58,963 nt of DNA from Craspedostauros australis (lineage: Eukaryota). This document shows, one piece after another, positions 1-12,700 of this stretch. The notes under the pieces are model-generated. The model ran no database searches. It was not told the DNA's origin and saw nothing but the letters and a program-made list of their open reading frames with translations. Positions within the stretch are counted from its first letter, which is position 1; each line of letters begins with the position of its first letter. A program made the translations under genes and the position numbers. Where the stretch lies: assembly GCA_030167865.1 (NCBI GenBank), contig JALAGF010001426.1:1-58963 (forward strand). Reading direction: 5' to 3'.

Positions 1-1797
1 CTGCGTTTCAGTGCAGGGAGCCTTTGGGATATCCAATGCGCCCAGATTTTTCTGTCCTTCATGGAGTGGATAGATGGGGGGTATCCGGAGCCAGTGTGGT
101 GCGCAGATTGTGAAAATGTCAGGGATGATAATGATGATCATGGGTGATGAAGGTAGGGCACCATGGTGCCATCGAGAATTTTTGGAATCCACCACCTGAC
201 AGACAGCAAGCCAAAAGGACATTAAAAATAAAGTTCATACAAATTCAACTTCGATATTCAGAATAAGCGATAGCCAAGCTTCCGAATGCACTGTATATTT
301 TTAATTTTAACCTATATGGTGTCGAGATATAACATCATAAGCAGTAATTTGGATGGTGTTGGATGTGCTCTATTTTAGTCTACTTTATCACGACTCATCA
401 CGAGTAAAACTCCACAACTAGTGTTATCGTGAACAGTTTACGGTTTGGTGCAGCTCGTATCCCAAAGGGCGATGCTGGCGATCAAACTTCGCCCAAGATC
501 TGTGGCCTTCATTCCACACATATTTGTATTCCCGCATCCATGAATGCTCTCCATTGCGTTCATCGACACCATCAGTAGCACCTGCATTGGTTAGTCTATC
601 GTGCTGCCTTGCAGAATCATTGTCCCACTGGTGGCACCGAAGTTAGCTCGAGGGGAGCCAGCATCTTCTACGCTGCCAACGTGCGGAGAGGCCATCGCGC
701 ATAGTATATGACCACGGACATCTTGCGCATGTGCGTGATGCAAGCTGCAGGGAATGCATGCACTGGATGAAGACATGCCATTTTGAATGGCGCCAGTGTC
801 ACTTTGCGTAATTGTGGCGCGTGCTCCTCCTTCGTCCATCTCATTTCCTCCACTCCACTCCGCACCAATACGCATCATGCATATCAAGCTCATCGACACG
901 GTGCGTCGTTGCATTCGTTTCTCATCCGCTGGTCATCGTTAGCTATTCTGCAGCTACTCCCCCATCCCACGAGACTTCGCCGTAGGTGCCGTTTCCGTAT
1001 GTGCACCGACGCCACGCGATGCCTGTGTTCGTGCTCTCAGTACATTTCGCTGCTGTGTCATCCTCGGATAGAGTCCCGTCGCAGCCTCATCCCAAGTATC
1101 GCTTCATACCCCACTGAAAACCATCGTGTTTGAGACTCTGCTGCTCCCTTTGATGCAGCCAGCTAGTAACGCCGCACGATATTACATATTGATAGCCTAC
1201 CCTTGGTGCAAATATTGGTACAGCGGTTTCGACCGCATCCCACACATCGGCGCAGGAGCATCACAGAGCATATTCAGTTACCATTCCGTCCCCAGAGGTG
1301 TGTGGTTGGAGCGATACCCCAAAATGACGTCCACACCGTACGCCTGGTGCCATTGTGATGGAGACGGATCACGGTGGCAAGCGGGAACGGAGGAGGACGG
1401 GGAATAGAAGGTAGAGAAAGTTTGAAGCGATGGAGGAGGGGAGCCGCACCCGGAAAGAGTAGCGTGAACGTCGAAGATGGCGCCAACGCGGCTGATGCAT
1501 TGGATTGTCGCGATGAGTGTGACCAAGAGAAGGTGCGCGATGTCCAGAAAAGGATCCCATCAGTCACGATCAATCGTGACTGATGCATCTTCATTGTATC
1601 CTGAATGCTCGTGACTGATTGTACGCAATAACTTGAGCACCTGTGCACGGCCACCTGCGAAGTTAGGGAAACAAGGGCATGCATCCGTACTCTCCAGGAA
1701 GGGGGTCGTAGAGTCGTGCGCATGGTATTAGTAGAATATGATTTAGAGCAGCAGGGCTTGATTTTCTTGCAGAGGACTGCCATGCCCTCAGCTGCGT

Positions 1798-3807
1798 TTA
1801 AGAAAAGGACAGCTTCGTTCCGATAGCCCCCATGACGACGCCCAAAGCAGCGATGACCTTGCAGACCAAGCTCTCCTTGGTCGGCTTTTCTTGCTGCTTC
1901 AAGAACATGATGGCGGGGTAGACAAAGACCAAGGCAGTACCGAACGTGGCACCGCCGACGGACGCCACCAGGCCCAGATCGGTCAACTGGCTGGAAACCA
2001 CGGTGATGGCGGCCAGGAGACCCAGCGTGATTTTGTTGAGCAACCCGTTGGATCGCTTATCCTGCGGGACTCGGAACAGGTCCAGCACTCCATCGCGGGT
2101 GCCGACGAAAATGAGCGGGTAGGAGCAGGTGATGGAGACGGCCACCGCCACGCGGCTGAGGCTCATGAGCAGATCCTGCGTGGAGTAGTTGTTGAGGATG
2201 AGACCGTTGGATGCGGTGCCGAATGTGAGGAATCCCAGCGCTGTGATGATGCCGTACAGGCTGATGGAGGTGCCGAAGCTCCATGCGATGACCTGGTGGA
2301 AGCGGGACATGGTGTTGTCCTTGAGTTCGTTGAGGAATTTGGGGGCGTTGAAATGTGCGATGTAGGCGTTGGACAGCATGCACATGAGGATGAGGGACTT
2401 GGGCGAAAGGGCCGCCTTGGCGCCTGCTGTGCCGAACGTTGGTGTTGCCATGGCCGTGGAAACGAACTTGCCTCCAGGGACGGCGTACGCGCCGCCGAAG
2501 TAGCGGATGGCCATGGCGAGCGTCGTGTAGAGCATGCCGCAAATACCAACGAGCGAGAACGGCGCCAGCGAGGCCAGATTCTTCAACAGGCAGAGGGGGA
2601 GCAGCACGACGCCGGTGACACCGAGAAGGGACTGCGTGCGCGTGGCCGCGATGCCCAGGCTGGCAAGAAGGTTGACGAAGGTGTCCGCGAGGATCATGCT
2701 GTAGGAGATGTTTCCGGCAACGCAATCGATGAAGCAGGAGAATGCGATCAAGGCCGAAGATGACTTTCCGACAGTGGCATCCCACGCCTCGCTGTAGGAC
2801 TGCGTGTTCGTGTTCTGACAGACACGCCCGATGAGACCGAAGGTGTACGCAGAGATAGTGCCCATGATGGCGATCAGGATCATTGCGGGAATGATCGCCG
2901 ATGGTGCGTTGCCGAATGTAGCCAAACCTGTTATCGTTGGCGTCGTCATCGTTATCGTTGGCGTCGTTATCGTCATTTCATTCGTCGTGTCATTGCCGCA
3001 GTATCCCGTCGATATCAGTGTCAGCGTCAGTATCCGTTACATCATCGATGGCATTGCATGATACAATACAACAGCAGAGTTGTCAGTATTGGCACCGTGC
3101 CATTCATTATCGGTATGAAAGGGAGCATCATTGGTGTCGTGATCACCGCCATCACCATGATGAAGCAATGAATGGAACCATGCGACCAACCCAGACACGA
3201 GATGAGAAATCGGTCATCAAGGGATAGATGAATGAATGATTGAATGGAAAAGATGAAGAGTGTGGTGAGTTGATGGCAAGTAAAGACATTCGCACCATCG
3301 TGTGGTACCTACATACTCGTCCACATGTTGGCATAAGAACGTTCACACTTGTACAGTTGGACATACGTTCAAATATGCAGATGAACTTCTTCATTGTCCA
3401 GCGCTTGAGCGGAATACCGCGCAGATTCCATGCAGATTCAATGTCGATGCTGATTGAGAATGAGACGCGGACGAACCGCAACCAAAGCAGCAGAGCGACG
3501 CAAGTTGGAACGGAGCCTACGTACCTGCTGGAAGACTCAAGACACCCGCGCCCACGATGCTCTTGACCAAGTTGAAGACTTCGTTGGGGATCGTGGCCGT
3601 GCCACCTCCAGCATCACCGCCCCGAGGCATCTCTTCCGCAGCCGCAGACGCCGCATTGTTCAGAACGACAGATGCCGTTGCTGGCTTTCCGTGCTGGAAG
3701 ACCGTTGATGGCTTCGTTGCCACCGATGACGCGACCGGGGCGAGGAATGCAGCGGCCGAATCGCTGGCGATCAGGCAAATGAGAGCGAATGCCAACGTGA
3801 ATCTCAT
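1798..3807 (-). CDS. AAAP/Aa_trans (SLC38-like) amino-acid transporter, paralog 1, predicted plastid-targeted; 2 exons
   Basis: Exon 1 is 3807-3525 and exon 2 is 2927-1798. The GT..AG intron 3524-2928 (597 nt, phase 1) joins GVLSLPA-G-LATFGNAP in frame. Family motifs: FNLVKSIVGAGVLSLP, LLPLCLLKNLASLAPFS, AYIAHFNAPKF, SYPL, plus many TM segments. Leader MRFTLAFALICLIASDSAAA-FLAP. Confidence 0.92.
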
Positions 3808-3817
3808 GGTGCAGCGT

Positions 3818-3852
3818 TGGAGTGATTGGAGTGATTGGAGTGCTGGAGTATG
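3818..3852. repeat. Short 8-9 bp tandem repeat (TGGAGTGAT-like, about 4 copies) just upstream of the paralog 1 start codon
   Basis: Sequence reads tggagtgat tggagtgat tggagtgc tggagtat. Confidence 0.8.
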
Positions 3853-4647
3853 GGAGCGAGGAACGGGCCGATAGTATGGACTCTGATGCGATCAGGTGGC
3901 TTGGTGAGAGGAGACTTGTTCGGAAGCTTGTGACGATTGGTCTTTGTGTTCTCTCTCCAGAGAGAGGACTCTCTTTGTCGTTCTCCGTCAATCACCACAT
4001 GCGATGCCGAGAATGACAACACATCAAGAAGGGACGAACCACCTGAGGTGCGTCACGTGCGGCTTGGCCATCACCCACACGGTTGGATTGGAGCGATCCA
4101 ACCGCCCAACCTGCGCCAATCATTGGGTGCGAAGTGATGTGCCGATGTTGCTCGCGAAGAACAAAAGATTTGGCACCAAATTCTGGCCTGTCAATTGGAG
4201 CCTAAATGAGTACTTGAATCATGACAATAAGAACGTTGCTGCTTGATTCCACAGTTTGACATCTACCGTCCAATCACGATCTGTGATCATCGCTGTTGTG
4301 TTCCGTCACGTTACGCGGACAAGGGCAAACGAACGATGATGGCCACAAATGAAGGGCGCTCACCAAGTTTGTGTGGAGCAGCGCGATCGTATCCACACCA
4401 TCGTAGTTGTCACGAAAGATACCTCAACATGGCACAAAAAGCGCACAACAAAGACATCACCGCACACATCGATTGATCACATCCATCAAAAGACGGCAGA
4501 CGATCATTCCAATTATACTTTGCGTGGCAAGACAAAGGATACAGCAGAGAGCAAAGACCGATACACTTCTATTCAACTTCTATCCAAGTTCTATCCGACT
4601 TCGACCCAATCCCATCACACGAGTTGTCAGCTATCACACAATTGATC

Positions 4648-6891
4648 ATGAAGATTAAGCAACATGCCTTGACGTTGGCGCTGGTGTTGGCGACCGCGGA
4701 CGCTTTCGCCCCATCAGCCCGCACGGCCATGCCATTGAATGCGGCTGCCATCCGCACGCAATCCCCGTTCGTGGCTCTGCCCTCGCAACAACAGAACCAG
4801 CATGTGATGCCCACCAAATTGCGCATGTCCGATGCTGCCGTGGCGGTTGAAGCCCAGACCGAAGACGACTCCGAGGGCGCCACCGTGCCGCAGCTCATCT
4901 TCAACTTGATCAAGTGCATCGTGGGCGCCGGTGTCCTGAGTCTGCCGGCCGGAATCGCCGCGTTCGCGTCGGCGCCATCCGCGGTCGTCCCTGCCGTGGC
5001 GCTCATCACCGCCATCGGGGTGCTGTCCGGCTACGGCTTCGCCTTGATCGGCCGCTGCTGCGCATACACCGACTCCACGTCCTACCGCGAGGCATGGAGC
5101 AAGACCATTTCCGAACAGACGTCCTGGATCCCGGCCGTCGCCGTCACGTTCAAGACGTGCTGCGCCATCCTGGCCTACAGCATGATCCTCGGCGACACCT
5201 TCAAGTCCCTCCTGGCCACGGCCGGATTCGTGGGCCTCAGCAAGGCGACCGTCACGTGGACCCTCACCGGGACGGTCCTGCTGCCGCTCTGCCTCCTCAA
5301 GAACCTGGCGGCCCTCGCGCCGTTCTCCCTCGTGGGATCCCTCGGCATGATCTACACCGCCGTCGCCATGACGTTGCGCTACCTCAGCGGATCCTACATC
5401 GTTTCCTCCTCCAAGAAGGTCGCCTCTGGCAAATTCGCGGCGGACGTCGCACCGGCGTTGCAGCAATCCTTCGGCAACGTTGGCGCGAAGGGCATCTTGA
5501 CGCCAGCCGCAGCTATTCTGGTTGGTATGCTGTCCACTGCGTACATGTCGCATTTCAACGCACCGAAGGTACGCAAACAAACAAGCGACCATGCATGTTC
5601 ATGAATGAATAATCTGTGAATGATGGTATGAAACGCGTGTCAATCAATCAATGGTTGGATAAATGGATGGATGCAAGGTCAGATGAATGGGTCCATGGAT
5701 TTTGAAACATCAGTCCCACAATTGGTGGAAGTGGTAATATTTTCGACTGGCAGCTCTATTGCTATCATCGCATCATTCTGAAGTGGCCAAAGCCACATGC
5801 GAGTATTTGTGATGTGGGCGGCTGCGCGTCATACAATACAATATTCGTACTATGTCATGGCGTGATGGGATGGGATGCGATGCGATGCAAGGCCTCGTAC
5901 TTTATCCGTGCTCGGAGTTCCATGTTCTCACCACTTCCAATTTATTGACCACAACACCATTTACTCTATGCACCATTGCCTCCTGGCTTGAAATGTGCTC
6001 TATACCATCGGGATCACGATCATACTGACACGCAATGCTGTGTCATGTTTCCATGCTATCTGCATGAACTTACTCCACTTCAATCCCCTTGTCACGTGCG
6101 ATATGCCATACTGGTGACACTCCTGCTCTGATACTGTTTCGGGAATGGTAACACAATGCATGTTATTATCCATGCAAACCAATCAACAACCGTCGAATCT
6201 TGACGCTGAATTCCAATAAACAACGGCCTTACTATTGAAAATGATGGCGACGGCAACAATGGCCATGTCAATAACAACAACTGCAACGACGATGACGACG
6301 ACGACGACCTTGTGGATCATGCAGTTCTACAATGAGCTCAAGGAAAAAACGTTGCCAAACTACTACAAGGTCGTCGCCACATCTTTCGCCGCTTCCATCG
6401 GCATCTTCGCATGGGTGGCGGCCATCGGCTTCCTCACCTTTGGTGCGTCAGCCAACGGCCTCATTTTGAACAACTACTCCACCAAGGACTCGCTCATGGG
6501 ATTCTCGCGCATCGCGGTGGCCATCTCGTTGGTCTTCTCCTACCCGCTCTCTTTCGTGGGTGCGCGGGATGGCATCATCGATCTGGCCAAGCTCAAGGCC
6601 ACGCCCAAAACAGAGAACGCAATCACCCTCGGCGTGCTTGGGTTGGTGACGGTCGGATCACTGCTCATCCCCGACGTCAGCTTCGTGCTGGCCCTTGCCG
6701 GCGCCACGTTGGGTAATGCCCTCATCTACGTCTTCCCAGCACTCATGTTCCGCGGCGCCATTAAGCAGAAGGGCGCTGATGCTACCAGCAGGCAGAAGAA
6801 GGAGGTGAAATTCGCCTTGCTGTCTGCAGTCGCCGGCATTGCCATGGGCATTCTGGGAGCCACAAAGGCCATCCAAGGACTGGGCAATTGA
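4648..6891 (+). CDS. AAAP/Aa_trans amino-acid transporter, paralog 2, predicted plastid-targeted; 2 exons
   Basis: Exon 1 is 4648-5568 and exon 2 is 6325-6891. The GT..AG intron 5569-6324 (756 nt, phase 0) joins HFNAPK-FYNELK. Same motifs as paralog 1 (FNLIKCIVGAGVLSLPAG, LLPLCLLKNLAALAPFS). Leader MKIKQHALTLALVLATADA-FAPS followed by a transit peptide ending TKLRM. Confidence 0.92.
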
Positions 6892-7401
6892 ATGCTATCG
6901 CGCGGCCTTGGGTGATTTGGACGGAATTGGTAGAAGCCTCGTGGATGTCCCACTGTTCTGAGATCACGGATATCCCCAACGAAGCGTACCAGAGCGCACT
7001 AACAATGCATAAGCGCATTCCGCAACCAGAGAGCGAACGACAATTACTCTGCTCTGCTCTACTCGACGATAGGATTGTCACCGGTTGTGAGAAGCGATGA
7101 AGGGGACGATGAGCGGAGACATCTTCTCTGCCGTCCGCTATCTGCGAGACAGCGTCGCAGTGTTATCAAAGGTGCATGGCTCGTACGAGTAGTATACACC
7201 ACGATGATATGTATGCTCTACCCTTACATGCTACTTCTTGTCTGCGTACTATTGTAACCGCAATGAAGGTGAGCGGTTCCAGAAGCGAGAGGATCAGTGG
7301 TGGGTCATTGACTTGGCTCGGTCTGCTCCAACTTCGGCCGGAAGTGAACACCCGATTTGCGGTGGTAATGATCAAAGATCATTTGTGCTGGGACCTCTGC
7401 T

Positions 7402-7438
7402 GTCTCTCTCTCTCTTTGCAGAGAGAGAGAGAGAGAGT
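7402..7438. repeat. (CT)n..(AG)n inverted microsatellite, hairpin-capable
   Basis: Sequence reads tctctctctctctttgcagagagagagagagagag. Confidence 0.85.
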
Positions 7439-8461
7439 AGCTCGAACGAGTAGAAAGTATGTATGGTATGAGTAGTGCGCAGATTGTAGCATTTCCACTC
7501 TGGGCCTTCGCTGCTCGCGTGTACTCAGACTTGAGAGAGACAGCAGACGTCCCAGCACTCTCCGCCCTGGTTCAGAGGTATCGGGACTTACGCACAGTAC
7601 GAGCAGTCGGTCCCAAGGCAGGTTCGTCCTCTTTGCAGTATCTGCAGCGTGCTTGTAGCGCACTTGTAGCGCACTCAACAGGGGTTGCCTTGCAGGGCAA
7701 CCTTGCCGCCCACAACATGGCCAGATGTGCTCACACAAATCGCGATGAAGACATCGCATTCATCGACCGGCATTCACTGGTCATGTGTTCAGTGCTGGTG
7801 TGTGCGTGATACAGTGCCGCGGTACTCAGCGCGCCCAAACGTCGCCGAGTCATGGCATAACTCGTATGGCTCGAGCAGACCCTGGTAATGGAGCGTCCAC
7901 AGCCAAGGAAAAACCGGCACCATCGCGGTAACCGTAGCCTGCGCTTCAGCCAAGAGAACGATTCTTCCCAAAGAACAGATGGCTCCTGTGTGCGAGATTG
8001 GATCTCATGACCCGAAATGTGTTTGGCTGGTGTCAGCATGTTCGGAAGCTTGTAGTCGCACAAAGACTTCAACAGAACCTCTGAAAAGCAAGGAAAGGAA
8101 CATCACAAGGCACCCAGAGGAAGGTCTCCGTGTTGTGTTGTAGTGGATTTTGGCGGACATGTTAGTGGGGCGTGGGCATGTGTAAGATGTGACAGGAGAA
8201 CGAAGCTGAGTGGGGTTTGAGAAACAATGTGTCCACGCGCCACTCTTGGATGAGAACGATCTCCCTTGCTGTGTTGATTCTTAGCGCGAAGCCAAGGGGT
8301 TCTCTCTCTCTCTCTCTCTCTCTGGACCTGTCCACCTTCCCCGCGAGATGGAGATGGAAACGGTTGCTCATCACCATGGTCGTCTTCACATTCAGCAGCT
8401 GCGCGTACGACTAATCAAAGGACGGCACAGATCACGACCATCATTTCCATCCCCGTGGCGA

Positions 8462-8478
8462 GGGGGGGGGGGGGGGGG
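8462..8478 (+). repeat. G17 homopolymer
   Basis: 17 consecutive G residues. Confidence 0.9.
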
Positions 8479-9692
8479 AGGTGAGAGACAAACGCCCCAC
8501 TATATTCCTGAGAGCATAGGTCGTAGAGTTCGCACTCACGCAGCACCATACTCTGCTATTTCATCTTGATGACAAGCGTGTACTCCAGGAGGTAGAATAC
8601 CTGGGCCGCCATGTTCACGCCAACAGCATTCCTCTGTATCATTGAGAGATGAGCAAATAGGCATGAACCGCCTTCCTGTTCGTGATGGACAAACCATCCA
8701 TAATCTCCCTCGGTGATGGCGCACACGCGGCAGCAACATGCTCGCACGACTACATGGCCGTACTGCCATACTGCCGCACAGCACTGGGGAGGAGAAGTCG
8801 GAGGGAGTGACCCTCTTCCCCCTGTGCTGAGATCCATCTCTGACCTCTCTTGCGGGCTAAGCTCCTTCCGAACGAATGCATAGTGCATGATGCCAAGTGC
8901 TCGTTGGCCTTTGTTCTGGTTCAATGTTGGCGCAAACTTGTGCACTTTTCGTCAGATGGATTCGAAGTTGTTGATTCTTCCTTGCCAAACAGTGGCAATA
9001 TATTCATTAAAATGTCCATCACCAAAATCGACGAGTACTCACCGCTCTTGGAGACGTGTGGACATTTGACTTTCCATGCGCCGCGACAAAGGTGAGGGTA
9101 GCTTGTCTGTTCGTAGATGGAGCCGCGCGATCGCAATACGAATCGAGTTCGACCTATTCGTAGATATGGATGGGATGCTGTGGCTGGGTACAGGCCAGTG
9201 TGCGCACAGAGTTGCCACGAACACGAGTAGATTGTGGGCAGACGACGTGCAGTGCGTGGAGCTGTTGGGGAGTGACAGGGAGGAATCGAATGCCCGCGAT
9301 AAGAGTCAAAATCAACACCAAGACCAAAAGGATTTGCTCAGTGGTTCGCAATTGGGCCATGATGGTAGTTGACAGAAAAATCGTTGGACATTTCAAAACG
9401 CACGGGCAACAATGGATAAATTCTGCCGCGGCGTGCGAGACGACGGAGTTAGCCTCGATCAATTCCCTCCCATCAGAGTCTCTGCGACAGGAGCAAACCC
9501 TTTGGTGGTGGTCTTGTAAACAAGTTGTCGCAGGCAAGGACTCTACGAGTAGTCGTACAAGTATGTGCTGAGATAAGTATGCATTGGAAAGTATGACGCC
9601 AAGCGTTGCCTTGCAACGGGCTTCGCCGCTTCGACATGGCGCGAAGAGGAGAAGCCTGTTTCTGTGGAATGACCAATCTGACGATCGAGATA

Positions 9693-9758
9693 CGATTAGA
9701 ATACGACAAGGCGCTGAACGGACACACAGGATGCGCGCTCAATTGGAACGCCAATGGC
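9693..9758 (+). pseudogene. Possible decayed WD40 (DCAF/WDTC1-like first repeat) fragment
   Basis: Translates RLEYDKALNGHTGCALNWNANG, resembling the RL..L.GH.GCVN.L.WN..G start of DCAF-type WD40 proteins with two residues missing. There is no continuation. Confidence 0.3.
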
Positions 9759-12700
9759 ATAACTGCTCCGGTGGGCAGGGAGCACACTTGCAGACACTTG
9801 AGTGTCACTCTGTTCGCAGAGAGATGCGGCAGCACACCTTCCAAGTCTTGTCTGAACAAGAATGCAGGCAACCCCCGGGAGATTCGAGATCGGATTGCCA
9901 TCAACGATACGAATGTTCGTGATAAACTTCAGACAAAGGGAGAGAGAGAGAGAGAGATGGGGCGAACGCAGACTACGAATATATATTGAATGTTCTCTGC
10001 GGTCCAAGACTAGACTCAAGCGTTCCAATGCATTCTTCTGACCATGCTCACCGCCAAAGCGAGCTTCACTGAAATAGTCTGGAGATGTGCGCAGACATGA
10101 TCCTCGAATGAATACCGGCACGGTGACCCTTGAAGTGGGAGACAGATCATGACCGGTCTGGTGGCAGTGGGAATGAGGATAGTGAAACTCAAGGCAGCAC
10201 CGCTGATCCCAAGGGCGACGGCGATGGCATACTGCCGTTTGCATCTCAGCCTATCAACAGTTCTGTCCGGTCAATTCATCATCCCAGATCGCTTCCGGTG
10301 CCGGTTTTCGTGAACACGGGCCATGAGTGGTACTTCTCGCTTAGGCAAGCACGATCTGAAGCCAAGAAGCCGAATCAGCGAAGCATAATACTATATAGTC
10401 GATCGTACATGCTGCGAGAAATACACGCACAGAGCTCTGTCCTTCTCCACATCGCCTCCTTGGACCATGGTCATCTTTGCGCAACCTTCCATCTGCGAGT
10501 CGAACACTCTGCGCAGCTGTCCGGAGAGGTTCGCTGTTCATTTGTTTCGTCGTTGCGTGCTCTGTGTGCAGTTGCCACTCCGTCAAGATCTTTACTTTGG
10601 TTGGAGTAGCTCGTACTCTGCTCTGCTCTGCACGCTGCTCTGCAATCTACTCTGCAATCTACTCTGTGCGGCAACGCCGCCTGCGCAGTTGAGAGTCCGC
10701 GCGGGAGCTGCGAAGCTCTGGTGGACGCGCGCAATTTTGTGACAAGGTCAGCTCAGAATCGCATGAGACGCGCAGCAACCATGGAGAACACTCAACAAAT
10801 GTTCGGGTTGTTCTCCCTTTCTCCAAGTTATTTATGCGACGCTTCGAATTGGGGTTCGACACGTCTGCTGTGATGTACAACTGCTACGAATAGACGGTAC
10901 TAATTTTGGAACGGCGTTATAAAATTCTTCCACAATCTGGCAGCAATAGTCTCAAAAAGACATGAAATGGGTCCCGGTTTCTCGCCAGGCACTTCGGCGG
11001 ACTTTTTGGACTGTGTTGACACATCACGGGGCTGTTGTATTTGCGCCTTTGGTTCACTTCACCGCTCTTTGCTTGGCTCCCGCATGTGACCTTCTGTTGT
11101 TCCTTTTCTCGAGATGAGCGAAGGCTGGTGGTTGGAGTCTATGGTTGAAGTTGCAACTTTTCTCTGTCGGAAGCGTTTGGCGCCTCCGCGATGGGGTTGC
11201 AACTGCATTGTACGAGCCATTTGCGTCCGGAATGGCTGATGGTTGTCATGGGGTACCGCGAACATTTCTTACATCACATGCAGGGGTCCGGATACACACG
11301 TGCATGATACCACCTATGGTATAATACATGCTGACTGCGCTATGTCATCACTGCGAGCATTACCACGACTTTCGAAATCGCCACCAAGCCCTGCAACGAA
11401 CGACGCGTATCAATTTGATGGGATTGACCGTTGCCATCGCGTTGGGCTGCACCGACGGAGATCATCTCACAAAGTTCTTTTCATCAACGCAAGTAACGCG
11501 CAGGAGTGTGGACAACAGGCGTGGCTGACCACCTCGCTGCCTGGTGATCGGAAACCAGGACCAAGACAGAGAGTGGTGACATGCTCGGGCCATGGGGGAC
11601 AACCGGTTCTCTATCCATATCAACGAAAATGCGCGCCGAACCAGAAGGTGCCTCTTGGTCTGCTCGTATTTGTGCCCAACCTGTCTGTAGAGTAAAAATG
11701 GAAGTCAAAGTCGCAGTCGAAGTCGAAGTCAAAGGCCAAGAGGAGACAAGACAGACGAATGATACCGGCAAGGATCAATAGTCTAGTTTGTGCAGACATA
11801 CACTTATAGTCGTAGGGGAGGACACAACCGACATGTTTGGATCGTATCATCTGGAACCACCACAGCTGGATGAACGAGCGGCAATTATGCGTGCCATGTC
11901 AACAGTCAGTAGTGATCGAGCCGCATCGGATGACGAGAACCCTGTATGGACGACGTGGCACAATTGCGATCTATACCTTGCACACGCACGAATCAGCATG
12001 TGGAGTCGTCGCGGAGCACCCGTACACGCAGTACTTGTACTCGTAGAATGCCAATAGAACAAAGCAGAGGAGGGCGAGTCCAGCACCAATGAATCGGTGG
12101 CTGATGCCTACGTGTATGCATGTGTACGTAATGCAGGAGTAGTCTTGAAAGATGGCGGAGTACGCGCAAAGCAAACCATGATTACCAGGCTGGGCACGCC
12201 AAACTTGATCGAGGAAGCATCAACGATCACAGAAGAGAGAACAAAACACACCCGTCCGAGAATAAATGATGCGCCAAGTGCGAGTGTCAAGAGAGGCAAG
12301 ATGCCACCGAAGACAAAATAGGAACAGGAATGACGGTTCTATCCTCCCTCGCTTTTGTTGCGCTAATGTCTTGAGTAGAGTATTGCCAAGGCAACAGCAT
12401 CAAAGTTTGTGCTGACACTCGTTGATGCAGCATCGTTCAACGACGACGGTATTCGTGCTTATGTCTGCGAGAGCAGAGGAGCTAATTGCACTGTACGAGT
12501 ACGAGTTGGCGTCCGAACCAACTTACACACCCGTAGAGTAGCTCGTACTGCGCCAAGACCTGGTTTGAGGAGCGGATTGGATTTGGGCGCCACCTCTCAG
12601 GACTTGAGGACATGTTGGTACGCGCTTGGAAATGTGAATCTGTATGGCACGCTCGGACCGGTTGGGCGGCGCCACACGCCACAACACAGCACAACGCAAC

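Noticed and set aside
1-600. AT-rich stretch (about 220-420) and 14-bp palindrome GGCACCATGGTGCC (157-170) as a possible TE end
   Set aside because: No partner repeat or coding evidence within the window; context is truncated.
591-1783. Several 60-170 aa ORFs
   Set aside because: No codon bias, motifs or consistent splice model.
1891-2763. 290-aa plus-strand ORF
   Set aside because: Antisense shadow of the GC3-biased transporter exon.
9143-9190. HAD-like motif FVDMDGMLWLG
   Set aside because: Arises from a GATGG-type pentamer tract; no other HAD motifs follow.
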